From Bacteroides sp. (GTDB taxonomy: Bacteria > Bacteroidota > Bacteroidia > Bacteroidales > Bacteroidaceae), in assembly GCA_017630035.1 (NCBI GenBank), contig JAGBWA010000062.1, positions 39,355 to 103,354 on the forward strand: a stretch of DNA of 64,000 bases. The letters are read 5' to 3'. A program made the position numbers and the translations under genes. Below are positions 22,061 to 32,368 of the stretch, piece after piece; the first letter of the stretch is position 1, and each line of letters begins with the position of its first letter. The notes under the pieces are model-generated. The model was not told where the DNA came from, did no database searches, and worked only from the letters and a program-made list of their open reading frames with translations.

Positions 22061-22525
22061 TTACTGACGCAAAGTTGCAGAATAGTTAATCTTCAAAGCA
22101 TAAGCTTTACGCAAAGCTTCCTTGATATCTGTTACGATACCCATCTTTGTGTCTTGGTCAACTTTCAAAGAAACTGTCATCAATGGTTGATCTGATTCGC
22201 TCATACTTGCGCGTTCACCAATGATGTAGTCTTGAATATCCGCAGTTTCAGCGAAAGCGTCGTTCAATTGGATACGGCTTTCAGCACCAAGTTGTTTGCG
22301 GAATTCAGCAGTTGGTTTACCTACATAGATATAAGTTACCAATGATTTCTTTTCAAGTTTTTCCAACTCTGTAGCTTGCGGAACCTTAAACTCAACCTTC
22401 AAAGTAACTTCACGCATAGTTGTTACCATCATAAAGAAGAACAACAATGTGAAAATCAAGTCAGGAAGAGAAGAAGTGTTCAACGCCGGCATTCCTTTTT
22501 TTCCGGTCTTATTAAATTTTCCCAT
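22061..22525 (-). CDS. exbD: ExbD/TolR family protein
   Basis: SSLPDLIFTLLFFFM TM helix carrying the conserved Asp. Confidence 0.88.
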   Translation of the reverse strand: MGKFNKTGKKGMPALNTSSLPDLIFTLLFFFMMVTTMREVTLKVEFKVPQATELEKLEKKSLVTYIYVGKPTAEFRKQLGAESRIQLNDAFAETADIQDYIIGERASMSESDQPLMTVSLKVDQDTKMGIVTDIKEALRKAYALKINYSATLRQ

Positions 22526-22527
22526 AC

Positions 22528-23115
22528 TTATTTCTCTCCATACTTTTTAGGTTGTGCTTCAGAAATCTTTTGAGGATAGATTTCACGAATAGCTTTTTGT
22601 TCGTCTTCACCCAACTCTTTATATTCTCTACCAAACTGTGACATGGCGAGTTCATTACGCAACTCATTGTAAGCTGCTACCAACTCGTTTTGTACAGCCA
22701 AGTAAACGCTATATGAAGAACCGCGGTCGCAACGCAAAGAGATTACGTGATTCTTAGTTACCATTACATTGCCAAAGAATTCTACATCGATAGCAAATTT
22801 TTCTGGTAAGTTTTCCTCATCATTAGGGTTCGCAATAAATTCTTTTGCTCTTTCACGAACTTCATCTACAGTGATTACGTCATCGCCGCACATCAACTGG
22901 TCGTATAAGTTCAAGAAGATAGGCAACATATTGCGTTCCTTAATCTCAATATCGTCTTTTTGTTGGTTTTCTTCAGGCGGTGGTGGCAACTGGCGCGCCA
23001 AACCACGGTCTGTATCCATTGATGTTGTAATCAAGAAGAAGATTAGCAACAAGAATGCGATATCCGCTGTAGAGCTCGAGTTTACCTCAGGAACTTCTCT
23101 TTTCTTTCTTGCCAT
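22528..23115 (-). CDS. exbD: ExbD/TolR family protein
   Basis: SSTADIAFLLLIFFLITT TM helix. Confidence 0.88.
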   Translation of the reverse strand: MARKKREVPEVNSSSTADIAFLLLIFFLITTSMDTDRGLARQLPPPPEENQQKDDIEIKERNMLPIFLNLYDQLMCGDDVITVDEVRERAKEFIANPNDEENLPEKFAIDVEFFGNVMVTKNHVISLRCDRGSSYSVYLAVQNELVAAYNELRNELAMSQFGREYKELGEDEQKAIREIYPQKISEAQPKKYGEK

Positions 23116-23152
23116 TTTTTAAAGCTTTTTTTAATTGAGATTATTCCCAATG

Positions 23153-23626
23153 TTACGATAAAAGTTTCTTAACGCTACCAATTAGAATTGACAATACTGC
23201 AATTGCAAAAAGAGCGTAAACTGAATAGATAAGCATATCAGCTGCTTGACTCCAGAAACCAACGTTGCTTGTTCCTTCGTAACCTAAGATTTCTACTTTT
23301 TCAGGGCTACCCAAGAACCAGCATACGCCAAGTACGATGATTGAGCCAGCCAATACGTACAATGAACCTGCAGAAGCCTTTGGGTTACATACCATGAAAT
23401 ATACGAAACTTACTACTGCTGCAACAGCTGCGATAATGAACAATGCATAGTTCAAATAAAGCAAGAAGTCAGCATTGGCAGGTTGCCAAATTTCTGGATC
23501 TACATTTGTAAGTCTTGCTGCGCCTTCTGCGTCACCTCCAATGAAGAAGAGGACTACTACGGCAATAATTGCAGCAAAAAGAGCATACAATACGTAGTAT
23601 GATATTTTATAAGATAATTTAGCCAT
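23153..23626 (-). CDS. Conserved 4-TM membrane protein in the exbB-exbD operon
   Basis: Four hydrophobic segments and its position in the operon. Confidence 0.75.
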   Translation of the reverse strand: MAKLSYKISYYVLYALFAAIIAVVVLFFIGGDAEGAARLTNVDPEIWQPANADFLLYLNYALFIIAAVAAVVSFVYFMVCNPKASAGSLYVLAGSIIVLGVCWFLGSPEKVEILGYEGTSNVGFWSQAADMLIYSVYALFAIAVLSILIGSVKKLLS

Positions 23627-23632
23627 TGTTTA

Positions 23633-24397
23633 TTATTTTTTGAATTTCAAATCATATTTAATAACTAAGTCTAACAATGTAACAGAAGAATCTTCCATTT
23701 CGCTAGTCAAAGCTTCAATCTTAGACAAGATATAGTTATAGAATACTTGAAGAATCAAAGCAACAACCAAACCGAGGATAGTTGTCAACAAAGCCACCTT
23801 CATACCACCAGCAACAACTGTTGGAGAGATATCACCTACTTGTTGGATCTTATCGAATGCTTGAACCATACCGATTACAGTACCCATAAAACCGAGTGAT
23901 GGAGCCATAGCGATGAACAATGTGATCCAAGAGCAACCTTTTTCCAAGTAACCAGCTTGAACGCCACCGTAAGAAACTACAGACTTTTCAACTACGTCTA
24001 CACCTTGATCCAAACGCATCAAACCTTGGTAGTAGATAGAAGCGATAGGACCGCGAGTGTTACGTGCGATTTCCTTAGCACCTTCTACATCACCCTTGCC
24101 CAAAGCTTCTTCGATAGAAGCAACGAACTTCTTAACATTAATTTCTGCCAAGCTCAAATAGATAATACGTTCGATACAGAAAGCCAAACCGATAACCAAT
24201 GCGATAGCAGGCAAAGACATGAAGAGAGCGTCACCTTCGATGAACTTAGTCTTCAAAGTTTTGTGGATACCACCTTCTACATCAGCGGCTACTACTTCTG
24301 TTTGGTCAACTGCAGGAGCATCTTGAGCCATAGCTAATTCAGTTGTGCCAAATGTCAAGGCACCAATCACAGCAACAATTGCAAATAACTTTTTCAT
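23633..24397 (-). CDS. exbB: MotA/TolQ/ExbB proton channel protein
   Basis: APSLGFMGTVIGM and ALLTT motifs. Confidence 0.92.
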   Translation of the reverse strand: MKKLFAIVAVIGALTFGTTELAMAQDAPAVDQTEVVAADVEGGIHKTLKTKFIEGDALFMSLPAIALVIGLAFCIERIIYLSLAEINVKKFVASIEEALGKGDVEGAKEIARNTRGPIASIYYQGLMRLDQGVDVVEKSVVSYGGVQAGYLEKGCSWITLFIAMAPSLGFMGTVIGMVQAFDKIQQVGDISPTVVAGGMKVALLTTILGLVVALILQVFYNYILSKIEALTSEMEDSSVTLLDLVIKYDLKFKK

Positions 24398-24493
24398 TGT
24401 GTGTCTAAATTTTAAGATTAATTAATTAATTAAATTACTATTATTGTTTATTATTTATTGTTTCAGTTTTCACTTTCAGTTTTCATCTCCATG

Positions 24494-24581
24494 CGGAGAG
24501 ACGGGGATTCGAACCCCGGATACCCTTTTGGGGTATACACGCTTTCCAGGCGTGCCTCTTCAACCACTCGAGCACCTCTCC
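24494..24581 (-). tRNA. tRNA-Ser(GGA), CCA not encoded
   Basis: Reverse complement GGAGAGGTGCTCGAGTGGTTGAAGAGGCACGCCTGGAAAGCGTGTATACCCCAAAAGGGTATCCGGGGTTCGAATCCCCGTCTCTCCG. It has anticodon GGA, a long variable arm and a TTCGA T-loop. Confidence 0.97.
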
Positions 24582-24744
24582 AATAGGCACTTTTCTGAAA
24601 TCGGGTGCAAATTACGAAAAAAATACGATATAGCAGCGATTTCAGCTACAAATGTATTCTTTTTTTTTCGCTTACACACCATATCTTTGTTTTTTATATC
24701 AAATAAAAACCAAAAATTAATAAACTTTAAAACCTTTGAGGGGT

Positions 24745-25527
24745 TTACTGACCTTTTTCGAAGAGTTTTAAAGCATTTGTCGAGGTTATTTCGGCCACTT
24801 TTGCGGGTGACGCTTGATAAATCTCGGCAATTTTATTCAACGTATCTTTTACGTATGCGCTTTCGTTTCGTTTTCCCCTATTGGGTACCGGCGTTAAGTA
24901 GGGCGCATCGGTTTCTATTAGCAATCTTTCCATCGGTGTATGTTTCAACACATCGGATAAATTCGACTTTTTGAAAGTTACCACCCCGTTTATGCCGATG
25001 TAGAAGTTGGTAAACTCTAACAGTTGCTTCATTTCTTCCATATTCCCGGTAAAGCTATGAAAGACTCCTTTCAATGCCGTTTGGCGATATGGTTTTAACA
25101 CCTTATATATATATTCGAATGCATCACGCACATGAATAACAATTGGCAGATTGTATTGCAATGCCCACTCTATTTGTTGTTCGAAGGCTATCAATTGTTC
25201 GTTCAAGTAGGTTTTGTCCCAATACAAGTCTAAACCTATTTCGCCAATGGCTACATAGCGTTTTGCATTTTCTTCCAACTGGCGATGTACTATTTCCAAT
25301 TCTTGAAGATAGTTTTCATCGACCGACGTTGGATGCAACCCTATCATTGGATAGCAATAATCGGGAAACATATCGCATGTTTTCAATAGCGGTTCGATAG
25401 TTGTGCTATCTATGTTTGGCATAAAAATATGCGAAACTCCCGCTTGTTTTGCTCGTTGTATTACCAATGGCAAATCTTCGGCAAATTCTTCCAGAAAGAG
25501 ATGAGCATGCGAATCGATTAAGTTCAT
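24745..25527 (-). CDS. tatD: TatD family hydrolase
   Basis: DSHAH, GLHP, GEIGLD, HSF and ETDAPYL motifs. Confidence 0.95.
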   Translation of the reverse strand: MNLIDSHAHLFLEEFAEDLPLVIQRAKQAGVSHIFMPNIDSTTIEPLLKTCDMFPDYCYPMIGLHPTSVDENYLQELEIVHRQLEENAKRYVAIGEIGLDLYWDKTYLNEQLIAFEQQIEWALQYNLPIVIHVRDAFEYIYKVLKPYRQTALKGVFHSFTGNMEEMKQLLEFTNFYIGINGVVTFKKSNLSDVLKHTPMERLLIETDAPYLTPVPNRGKRNESAYVKDTLNKIAEIYQASPAKVAEITSTNALKLFEKGQ

Positions 25528-25529
25528 CT

Positions 25530-26231
25530 TTATTCTGGTTTAGTTTCACCTGTTCTATAATAATATACCAACCCATAATCCCTACACATATCCAATCGTT
25601 TTTCGTTGGGAGTTATGTTTTCGTATTTCTTTTCCACTTGATTCCACACATCCAAGATTAGTGCATCGGCCTCTTCGCGCATAGCAGCAAGTGTTTCCAA
25701 GCTACGTGTTGTAGCCAATTGCAAATCTTTCTGCTTTTCGTAGCTTTGCATAAAGATGTCGAAATGCACTTTTACCTTCGCTATTGTTGGATTGTAGATA
25801 GGCACACCTCCTAAAGACATACGTTTTTGTTCGCCAGCAATCACCTTTGTGCCCCACTCTGCCATATTAGCATCGGTAGTTAAATCGGGAACAATATGAT
25901 TTCGCACATCCAATCCGTAATAGTCTTTATGAGCGGCTTTAATCTCCGCACGTATAACAGCTAAGTTTAGCACTTGAATGAAATGGGATAGGTACAATCG
26001 TGCCATCTTCGCGTTAGCCGCATGCTTACGGCCGGCTTTCGATTGTTGTTCGAAGCACTCTACATAAAAGGTATGAGCTGCGTCGAATTTAGTCAGAAAA
26101 TTGCGTACCAACGAAAGCGACTTCAACGAGAAAGCCAAATCGTACACATTAAGGGTTTCCCCTTTTTGTACGATGGCACTCAGTGCTCTTATTCGTGCTT
26201 GGTCGGTATTTGGCAATCGTCTGTATGGCAT
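25530..26231 (-). CDS. Conserved hypothetical protein
   Basis: 233-aa ORF tightly packed in the operon. MPYRRLPNTD N-terminus recognised from Bacteroidales hypothetical proteins. Confidence 0.8.
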   Translation of the reverse strand: MPYRRLPNTDQARIRALSAIVQKGETLNVYDLAFSLKSLSLVRNFLTKFDAAHTFYVECFEQQSKAGRKHAANAKMARLYLSHFIQVLNLAVIRAEIKAAHKDYYGLDVRNHIVPDLTTDANMAEWGTKVIAGEQKRMSLGGVPIYNPTIAKVKVHFDIFMQSYEKQKDLQLATTRSLETLAAMREEADALILDVWNQVEKKYENITPNEKRLDMCRDYGLVYYYRTGETKPE

Positions 26232-26240
26232 ACGGATAGA

Positions 26241-27215
26241 TTATACTTCTCTATTCATCAAATCATTCATCAACTGTCTGATTTGTTGTTTATTAGACTC
26301 GGGCACATTTAATGCGGCAAGTCTTTTTTCGGCTTGCAACGTATAAGCCAATATGCGTTGTTCGCACATTGCTTTCACACCTATTTGATTATAGAGTGAG
26401 GTTACAGCTTCAATTTTTTGTTTGGGGTCATAGTTTTCTTTGGCAATCCACTCGTTGAGTTGTTGCAACTGAGTATCATTTGCATTTGCCAAAGCTTGAA
26501 TTAAAAGATAGGTTTTCTTGTTGCACAAGATGTCGCCACCGATATTTTTTCCAAATACAGTAGTATCACCGTAAACATCCAACAAGTCATCTTTCAATTG
26601 GAAGGCCAATCCTAAGTTGAGGCCAAAATCATATAGGCTATCGGCCTCTTCATCGGAAGCGCCAGCCATAATTGCACCAATCTTCATGCTTGCGGCCAAC
26701 AAAACAGATGTTTTCAAACGAATCATTTCCAAATATTCGTTTTCGTCAACATCGTTACGTTGTTCAAACTCCATATCCATCTGCTGCCCTTCGCAAATCT
26801 CCAATGCTGTTTGATTGAAGATATCCATCAGTTTCTTCAGATGCTCTGTGGGGCATTGAGCCATGTATTGATAGGCCAATACTAACATTGCATCGCCCGA
26901 AAGGATAGCAGCATTATCACCCCAAATGCGATGAACGGTTTCCTTACCACGGCGCTTGTCGGCTCTATCCATCAAGTCGTCGTGTAGCAACGTATAGTTA
27001 TGATACACCTCGATAGCTGTTGCCGGTGCATATACCGCTTCTACATCATCGCGATATAGGTTGTAGGCCATCATCATCAGCACTGGGCGAATGCGTTTTC
27101 CGCCCAAAGCGAGAACATAGCTTATCGGATCGTACAAACCTTGTGGGGGACGTACATATTGCAGATTGGCAATATGGGCATTGATTTTTTCGAGCAATTG
27201 GTTGGGTGCGAACAT
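26241..27215 (-). CDS. Polyprenyl diphosphate synthase (IspA-like)
   Basis: GGKRIRP, LLHDDLMD..RRG and FQLKDDLLD motifs. Confidence 0.94.
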   Translation of the reverse strand: MFAPNQLLEKINAHIANLQYVRPPQGLYDPISYVLALGGKRIRPVLMMMAYNLYRDDVEAVYAPATAIEVYHNYTLLHDDLMDRADKRRGKETVHRIWGDNAAILSGDAMLVLAYQYMAQCPTEHLKKLMDIFNQTALEICEGQQMDMEFEQRNDVDENEYLEMIRLKTSVLLAASMKIGAIMAGASDEEADSLYDFGLNLGLAFQLKDDLLDVYGDTTVFGKNIGGDILCNKKTYLLIQALANANDTQLQQLNEWIAKENYDPKQKIEAVTSLYNQIGVKAMCEQRILAYTLQAEKRLAALNVPESNKQQIRQLMNDLMNREV

Positions 27216-27249
27216 AGAAATGTCTTGCAAATAAGAGTTGTAATATGAA

Positions 27250-27277
27250 GAGAGGCTGCTTTTGGGGGCAGCCTCTC
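27250..27277 (-). terminator. Hairpin or terminator after tonB
   Basis: gagaggctgc...gcagcctctc 10-bp stem. The U-tract is weak. Confidence 0.5.
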
Positions 27278-27294
27278 AACTTATTATTGTTTTA

Positions 27295-27987
27295 TTACTG
27301 CAATCTGAACATTACAGGTACAGTGAAGCGACAACGTACAGCTTTACCTTGTTGCTTACCAGGTTTCCACTTAGGCATACCTGCGATTACGCGGAGAGCT
27401 TCCTTATCCAAGTAAGGGTCAACACCACGCATTACCTTTGCATCTACGATACTACCGTCGCGGTTTACAACGAATTGTACGATTACACGACCTTGAGTAC
27501 CATTTTCTTGTGCAATAGGAGGATACTTGATGTTCTTGCTCAAGTATTGCATCAAACCAGACATACCGCCGTTAGGGAATTCGGGTTGTTCTTCTACAAC
27601 CTCGAAAATCACGTTTTCTTCTGGTTCTTCTTCCTCTTCAACAGGAGCAACATATTTAATTTCCACTTGTTGACCCAATTCTTCGGTAGAAGCGATAGTA
27701 GTTTCTTCTACTTCAGCATCGTTTTCTACGATAGTCAACTCTTCAACCACTTGTTCCTGTGGTGGTGGAGGTGGAGGTGTTACCTCTTCTGGTTGTTCTG
27801 TGATAGGAATTTCAATTTCCTCTTCAATCACAAGATCGGAAAGCGCACCGCTCAAGTCAACCTTCACATCACGTTTCGACCACTCGAAAGCGACGAACAT
27901 AATGCCCAAGATGATGACATAACCGATGAGCATCCATGTAGACTTTTTGTTCTCCAAGTCTGCCTTTTTGGTTTTTTTAATTTCCAT
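27295..27987 (-). CDS. tonB: Energy transducer TonB
   Basis: N-terminal TM helix, Pro/Glu-rich linker and C-terminal YP..A..G.QGRV domain. Confidence 0.95.
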   Translation of the reverse strand: MEIKKTKKADLENKKSTWMLIGYVIILGIMFVAFEWSKRDVKVDLSGALSDLVIEEEIEIPITEQPEEVTPPPPPPQEQVVEELTIVENDAEVEETTIASTEELGQQVEIKYVAPVEEEEEPEENVIFEVVEEQPEFPNGGMSGLMQYLSKNIKYPPIAQENGTQGRVIVQFVVNRDGSIVDAKVMRGVDPYLDKEALRVIAGMPKWKPGKQQGKAVRCRFTVPVMFRLQ

Positions 27988-28189
27988 AGTTTATATTATT
28001 TAATTTTTTAGTGTTTCTCATTTGGGAACAAATATAGGACTTTTCTGACAAATGTCCATACCTAAATGGATTTTTTACACAAATAAGGCTATATTTTTAT
28101 TTTTTTTAATTCTTTCCAAGCAAACTTTTGCTTTTTGTGCCCACAAATGTAGTGAGATATTTTAAAATTCGCGTATCTTTGGCCAAAAT

Positions 28190-28255
28190 ATTTTCTGTTA
28201 AGGGAAAAATAATTTTCTGTTAAGGGAAAATAGATTTTCCTTGAAGCATATATAT
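28190..28255. repeat. 22-bp-period palindromic repeat (2 full units + 1 degenerate)
   Basis: attttctgttaagggaaaaata / attttctgttaagggaaaatag / attttccttgaagcatatatat. Confidence 0.75.
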
Positions 28256-28285
28256 AATAAGGTGTAAAATTAAAAATCTTCAAAT

Positions 28286-29011
28286 ATGAAAAAAATAACG
28301 ATTGCAATCGATGGTTTCTCATCGTGCGGCAAAAGCACAATGGCCAAAGACTTGGCGCGCGAAATAGGATACATTTACATTGATAGCGGCGCCATGTATC
28401 GTGCCGTCACACTCTATTGCATTGAAAACGGCCTGGTCGATGGCAAGGATATCAATACAGACAAGTTGCGCGAAGCGATGAAGGATATCCGCATCAGCTT
28501 CCAATTGAATGCAGAAACCGGACGCCCCGACACTTACTTGAATGGCGTGAACGTAGAAAGCAAGATTCGCACCATGGAGGTTTCTTCACTCGTTAGCCCC
28601 GTAGCCGCCCTCGACTTTGTGCGCGAAGCCATGGTTGCCCAACAACAAGCCATGGGCAAAGGAAAAGGCATCGTAATGGACGGACGCGACATTGGCACAA
28701 CCGTCTTCCCCGACGCCGAATTGAAGATATTCGTTACCGCATCGGCCGAGATTCGTGCTCAACGCCGCTATGACGAGTTAAAAGCAAAAGGCCAAGAAGC
28801 AAGCTACGAGGAGATTCTTGAAAACGTAAAAGGACGCGATTTCATTGATCAGAATCGGGAGGTGAGCCCATTGAGAAAGGCAGACGACGCGATACTATTG
28901 GACAATAGCAACCTCACCATTGCCGAGCAAAAGGAGTGGTTGAAGAAACAATTTGAGTTTGCAATTGGCGGCGTAGATAAGCTGATAGAAGCATGGCAAG
29001 GATTGAAATAG
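28286..29011 (+). CDS. cmk: Cytidylate kinase
   Basis: [20 protein letters not shown] and DGRDIGT motifs. Confidence 0.97.
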   Translation: MKKITIAIDGFSSCGKSTMAKDLAREIGYIYIDSGAMYRAVTLYCIENGLVDGKDINTDKLREAMKDIRISFQLNAETGRPDTYLNGVNVESKIRTMEVSSLVSPVAALDFVREAMVAQQQAMGKGKGIVMDGRDIGTTVFPDAELKIFVTASAEIRAQRRYDELKAKGQEASYEEILENVKGRDFIDQNREVSPLRKADDAILLDNSNLTIAEQKEWLKKQFEFAIGGVDKLIEAWQGLK

Positions 29012-29868
29012 ATGAAGGTTCGGGCTTCTGCTTTGGTGTGACAACGGCCATTAAGAAAGCCGAAGAAGAGTTGGCAAAGGGCGGTATCCTATACTGCTTG
29101 GGCGACATTGTACACAATAGCCGCGAGGTTGAACGCTTAAAGGAGATGGGGCTAATAACCATCAACCATGAAGAGTTCAACCAACTACAAAATGCCAAAG
29201 TATTGCTTCGCGCTCATGGCGAGCCGCCCGAAACCTATGCTATTGCTCAACGAAACAATATCGAAATTATCGATGCTACCTGCCCCGTTGTGTTGCGCCT
29301 ACAAAAGCGCATCAAGCAAGAGTACGACTTGCCGCAAGTGGGCGAAGAGAAGCAAATCGTTATCTATGGCAAGAATGGCCATGCCGAAGTATTAGGATTG
29401 GTGGGACAAACCGCTGGTAAAGCCATTGTTATCGAGAAGTTGGAAGAGGCTAAGCTGCTCGACTTCAGTCGTAGCATCCGCCTATACTCGCAAACGACAA
29501 AGTCGCTCGAAGAGTTTCAACGCATCGTGGCATACATCCAAGAGCACATCTCGCCCAACGTAACCTTCGAGTATTACGACACCATCTGCCGACAAGTGGC
29601 CAACCGCATCCCAAACATCCGCAAGTTTGCCGCCTCGCACGACGTAATACTCTTCGTAAGTGGCAAGAAGAGTTCGAATGGAAAAATCCTCTTCAGCGAA
29701 TGCCTCAGCATAAACCCTAACGCACATATCATGGATAGTGCAGAAGAGATAAACCCCGCTTGGTTTCAGAATGCTCAAAGCATAGGCATCTGTGGGGCTA
29801 CTTCCACCCCCAAATGGTTGATGGAAGAGATTTATACCGCCGTCAATCATTTGCTGAACAACGAATAG
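28993..29868 (+). CDS. ispH: 4-hydroxy-3-methylbut-2-enyl diphosphate reductase
   Basis: GFCFGV, IVHN, RAHG, DATCP, TIC and SSN motifs. Confidence 0.97.
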   Translation: MARIEIDEGSGFCFGVTTAIKKAEEELAKGGILYCLGDIVHNSREVERLKEMGLITINHEEFNQLQNAKVLLRAHGEPPETYAIAQRNNIEIIDATCPVVLRLQKRIKQEYDLPQVGEEKQIVIYGKNGHAEVLGLVGQTAGKAIVIEKLEEAKLLDFSRSIRLYSQTTKSLEEFQRIVAYIQEHISPNVTFEYYDTICRQVANRIPNIRKFAASHDVILFVSGKKSSNGKILFSECLSINPNAHIMDSAEEINPAWFQNAQSIGICGATSTPKWLMEEIYTAVNHLLNNE

Positions 29869-29971
29869 ATTATGGCTGATATGGGGTAATGGCTCATCAA
29901 AACTTCATTTTCATTTGCATTTCCCCTCAACTTCATGTAATTTTGCACCATATTTATAAAAAAGACAAACT

Positions 29972-30952
29972 ATGGCAAAGATAAATTGTATCGGTATCTT
30001 GACTTCGGGCGGCGATGCCCCCGGCATGAATGCCGCTATCCGTGCCGTCACCCGTGCGGCTATCTACAATGGATTAAGTGTTAAAGGCATCTATCGTGGA
30101 TACAAAGGTTTGGTAACCGGCGAAATCAAAGAGTTTAAAAGTCAAAACGTAAGTAACATCATCCAACAAGGCGGCACCATCTTGAAAACCGCTCGTTGCA
30201 AAGAGTTTACCACACCCGAAGGACGAAAGATTGCCTACGACAACATGAAAGCCGAAGGCATCGACGCATTGGTAGTAATTGGTGGCGATGGCTCGCTAAC
30301 CGGCGCTCGTGTCTTTGCCGAAGAGTATGACGTGCCTTGCATCGGCCTTCCCGGCACTATCGACAACGACCTGTATGGCACCGACACCACTATAGGATAC
30401 GACACAGCTTTGAACACTATCCTCGATGCCGTGGATAAGATTCGCGACACGGCCACCTCGCACGAACGTCTCTTCTTCGTAGAGGTAATGGGACGCGATG
30501 CTGGCTTCTTGGCATTGAATGGTGCTATTGCAAGTGGTGCCGAAGCCGCTATCATCCCCGAGTTTAGCACCGACGTTGACCAATTGGAAGATTTCATTAA
30601 AAACGGCTTCCGCAAGTCGAAGAATAGTAGTATCGTACTTGTAGCCGAAAGTGAGCTAACCGGTGGTGCTATGCACTATGCCGAGCGCGTAAAGAAAGAG
30701 TATCCCGAATACGATGTACGTGTAACCATCCTTGGTCACTTGCAACGCGGTGGTAGCCCAACGGCACACGACCGTATCTTAGCAAGCCGCCTAGGTGCTG
30801 CTGCTATCGATGCTATCATGGATGGCCAACGCAATGTTATGGTGGGTGTTCATCACGACGAGATTGTTTACGTCCCCTTCAACAAGGCCATTAAGAACGA
30901 CAAGCCTATCAAGAAGGAGTTAGTAAACGTGCTTCGCGCACTTTCTATTTAA
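29972..30952 (+). CDS. pfkA: 6-phosphofructokinase
   Basis: [28 protein letters not shown] and GHLQRGG motifs. Confidence 0.98.
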   Translation: MAKINCIGILTSGGDAPGMNAAIRAVTRAAIYNGLSVKGIYRGYKGLVTGEIKEFKSQNVSNIIQQGGTILKTARCKEFTTPEGRKIAYDNMKAEGIDALVVIGGDGSLTGARVFAEEYDVPCIGLPGTIDNDLYGTDTTIGYDTALNTILDAVDKIRDTATSHERLFFVEVMGRDAGFLALNGAIASGAEAAIIPEFSTDVDQLEDFIKNGFRKSKNSSIVLVAESELTGGAMHYAERVKKEYPEYDVRVTILGHLQRGGSPTAHDRILASRLGAAAIDAIMDGQRNVMVGVHHDEIVYVPFNKAIKNDKPIKKELVNVLRALSI

Positions 30953-30955
30953 TGT

Positions 30956-31021
30956 TGAGTGCTGAGTTATGAGTTGTGAGTTAATTTAGCACTCAGCACT
31001 CACAACTCAGCACTCTTTTTT
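30956..31021. repeat. Inverted arrays of ACTCAnn heptamers forming a long hairpin/terminator between convergent genes
   Basis: tgagtgc tgagtta tgagttg tgagt ... actcagc actcaca actcagc actc, followed by a T-run. Confidence 0.8.
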
Positions 31022-31889
31022 ACCACCAAATCGTCATACCGGCCGAGAAGCCTCGGAAGTCAGGGCCAAAGTCGGTATTCAGCACCTTGCAAGGTGAATA
31101 CTTGGCATAAATTCCTATCGAGCCAACACCAAAGGTAGCAAGCAAATCCACCGTTACGCGGTTTTGATGCAAATCCTTAGCCATCTCTTTTTCCTTTTTT
31201 CCATCGAGTACATAGCGTGTCTTAAGGCTGGCGTGTGTATTGAAGTTCAATACCGGGCCAAAACTGAAATCAATCTTGCGGTTAAAGTCGTAGTTTAGCA
31301 TAAAGGGCATTGTCCAACTGAACACCTTCAAGCGCGAAAACTTCACCTCTGCACCTTCGGGATAATCCGCCAATTTCACTTGATTATCCTCTTTCACAAA
31401 ACGTGTCAATCCCGTCATGCGGTAGTTTTTCCAATTCAACCCAACACCCCACGAAAAACTAAGGCCGGTATAGTTGGGATAGTATCGCCACTCTAAACGC
31501 GGCCCCATAAATTCATACGAAGCCCCCATATCTACATTCATGCCTTCGGGTGCATTCAAGGCGGTTACCCAACCAATGCCAAGGCCACCAAGACGTGCTT
31601 CATTGCGATGACGACGCACTGGCATCTCTTTCTTCACAAAGGGGATATTGAAATCCCAATCCTTCGTATGTTTCTCTATCACAACGGGGTCATCGTAAAC
31701 CGACATCTCAAAGCTTGTACTTTTACTATCTTCGCTCTTTTCCACCACCACTTTTCGTATTTGATCGTTATAAGTACCTATAATTACCTTATCGGGATGT
31801 TCAAAAACAATGGTATCTAATTGTTGTGCATTCAGTTGCATGGCCATAGCCATCATGGCTACCATCAGCCAAAAGTTTCTTGTTTTCAT
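31020..31889 (-). CDS. Outer membrane beta-barrel protein
   Basis: Signal peptide, amphipathic beta-strand pattern and aromatic C-terminus. Last gene of the ECF operon. Confidence 0.7.
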   Translation of the reverse strand: MKTRNFWLMVAMMAMAMQLNAQQLDTIVFEHPDKVIIGTYNDQIRKVVVEKSEDSKSTSFEMSVYDDPVVIEKHTKDWDFNIPFVKKEMPVRRHRNEARLGGLGIGWVTALNAPEGMNVDMGASYEFMGPRLEWRYYPNYTGLSFSWGVGLNWKNYRMTGLTRFVKEDNQVKLADYPEGAEVKFSRLKVFSWTMPFMLNYDFNRKIDFSFGPVLNFNTHASLKTRYVLDGKKEKEMAKDLHQNRVTVDLLATFGVGSIGIYAKYSPCKVLNTDFGPDFRGFSAGMTIWW

Positions 31890-31904
31890 TATCGTTCGTA
31901 TTTT

Positions 31905-32351
31905 TTATTTAAACATTTTTTCTATTTCATCGAGGGTGGCATAGCCTTCCATATAGACAAGGGTTACCTCATTGCTTTTAGCATCTTTCTTAGCATTGGT
32001 ATTGCGATAGAAGATATATCGTAATTTATCGTTAGCGCGAGGAGGCAAGCAATAGAAACCAAAGTACAATCGTTTACCCCAGGAAGCCGATTTCATCTCT
32101 ACGGCATCCTCAGCATCCTTCAACAAGCGTTCTTCTATTTCAATGGCTTTATCGGACGCATTTTTCAATGTAATGCTTCGGAAGAGTGTCAAATTATAGG
32201 GTTTCAACTTTTTCCCTTTTACAACAACTTCGTTCACATCTCTCCAATTGTGGAAATCTTGATCAAAGCAAACATTTATCAGCAACCCCTCTTGTGCTTG
32301 CATGGATAGCACAAGCATTAGGGTAAACAGGGTTAAATAGAGTCGTTTCAT
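31905..32351 (-). CDS. Secreted protein (DUF6108-like)
   Basis: Signal peptide, LTLFRSIT and VTLVYMEG motifs. Confidence 0.65.
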   Translation of the reverse strand: MKRLYLTLFTLMLVLSMQAQEGLLINVCFDQDFHNWRDVNEVVVKGKKLKPYNLTLFRSITLKNASDKAIEIEERLLKDAEDAVEMKSASWGKRLYFGFYCLPPRANDKLRYIFYRNTNAKKDAKSNEVTLVYMEGYATLDEIEKMFK

Positions 32352-32368
32352 ATCGTTCAGTTTTAGTT

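Noticed and set aside
24398-24581. tRNA-Ser as an integration site for an island
   Set aside because: No integrase and no duplicated tRNA 3' end were noticed in the window, and the flanks are core genes.
24444-24974. 176-aa ORF
   Set aside because: It runs antisense across tRNA-Ser and the end of tatD, so it is spurious.
28993-29011. 19-nt cmk/ispH overlap as a frameshifted fusion
   Set aside because: Both proteins are complete with their own starts, and no slippery site is evident. This is ordinary translational coupling.
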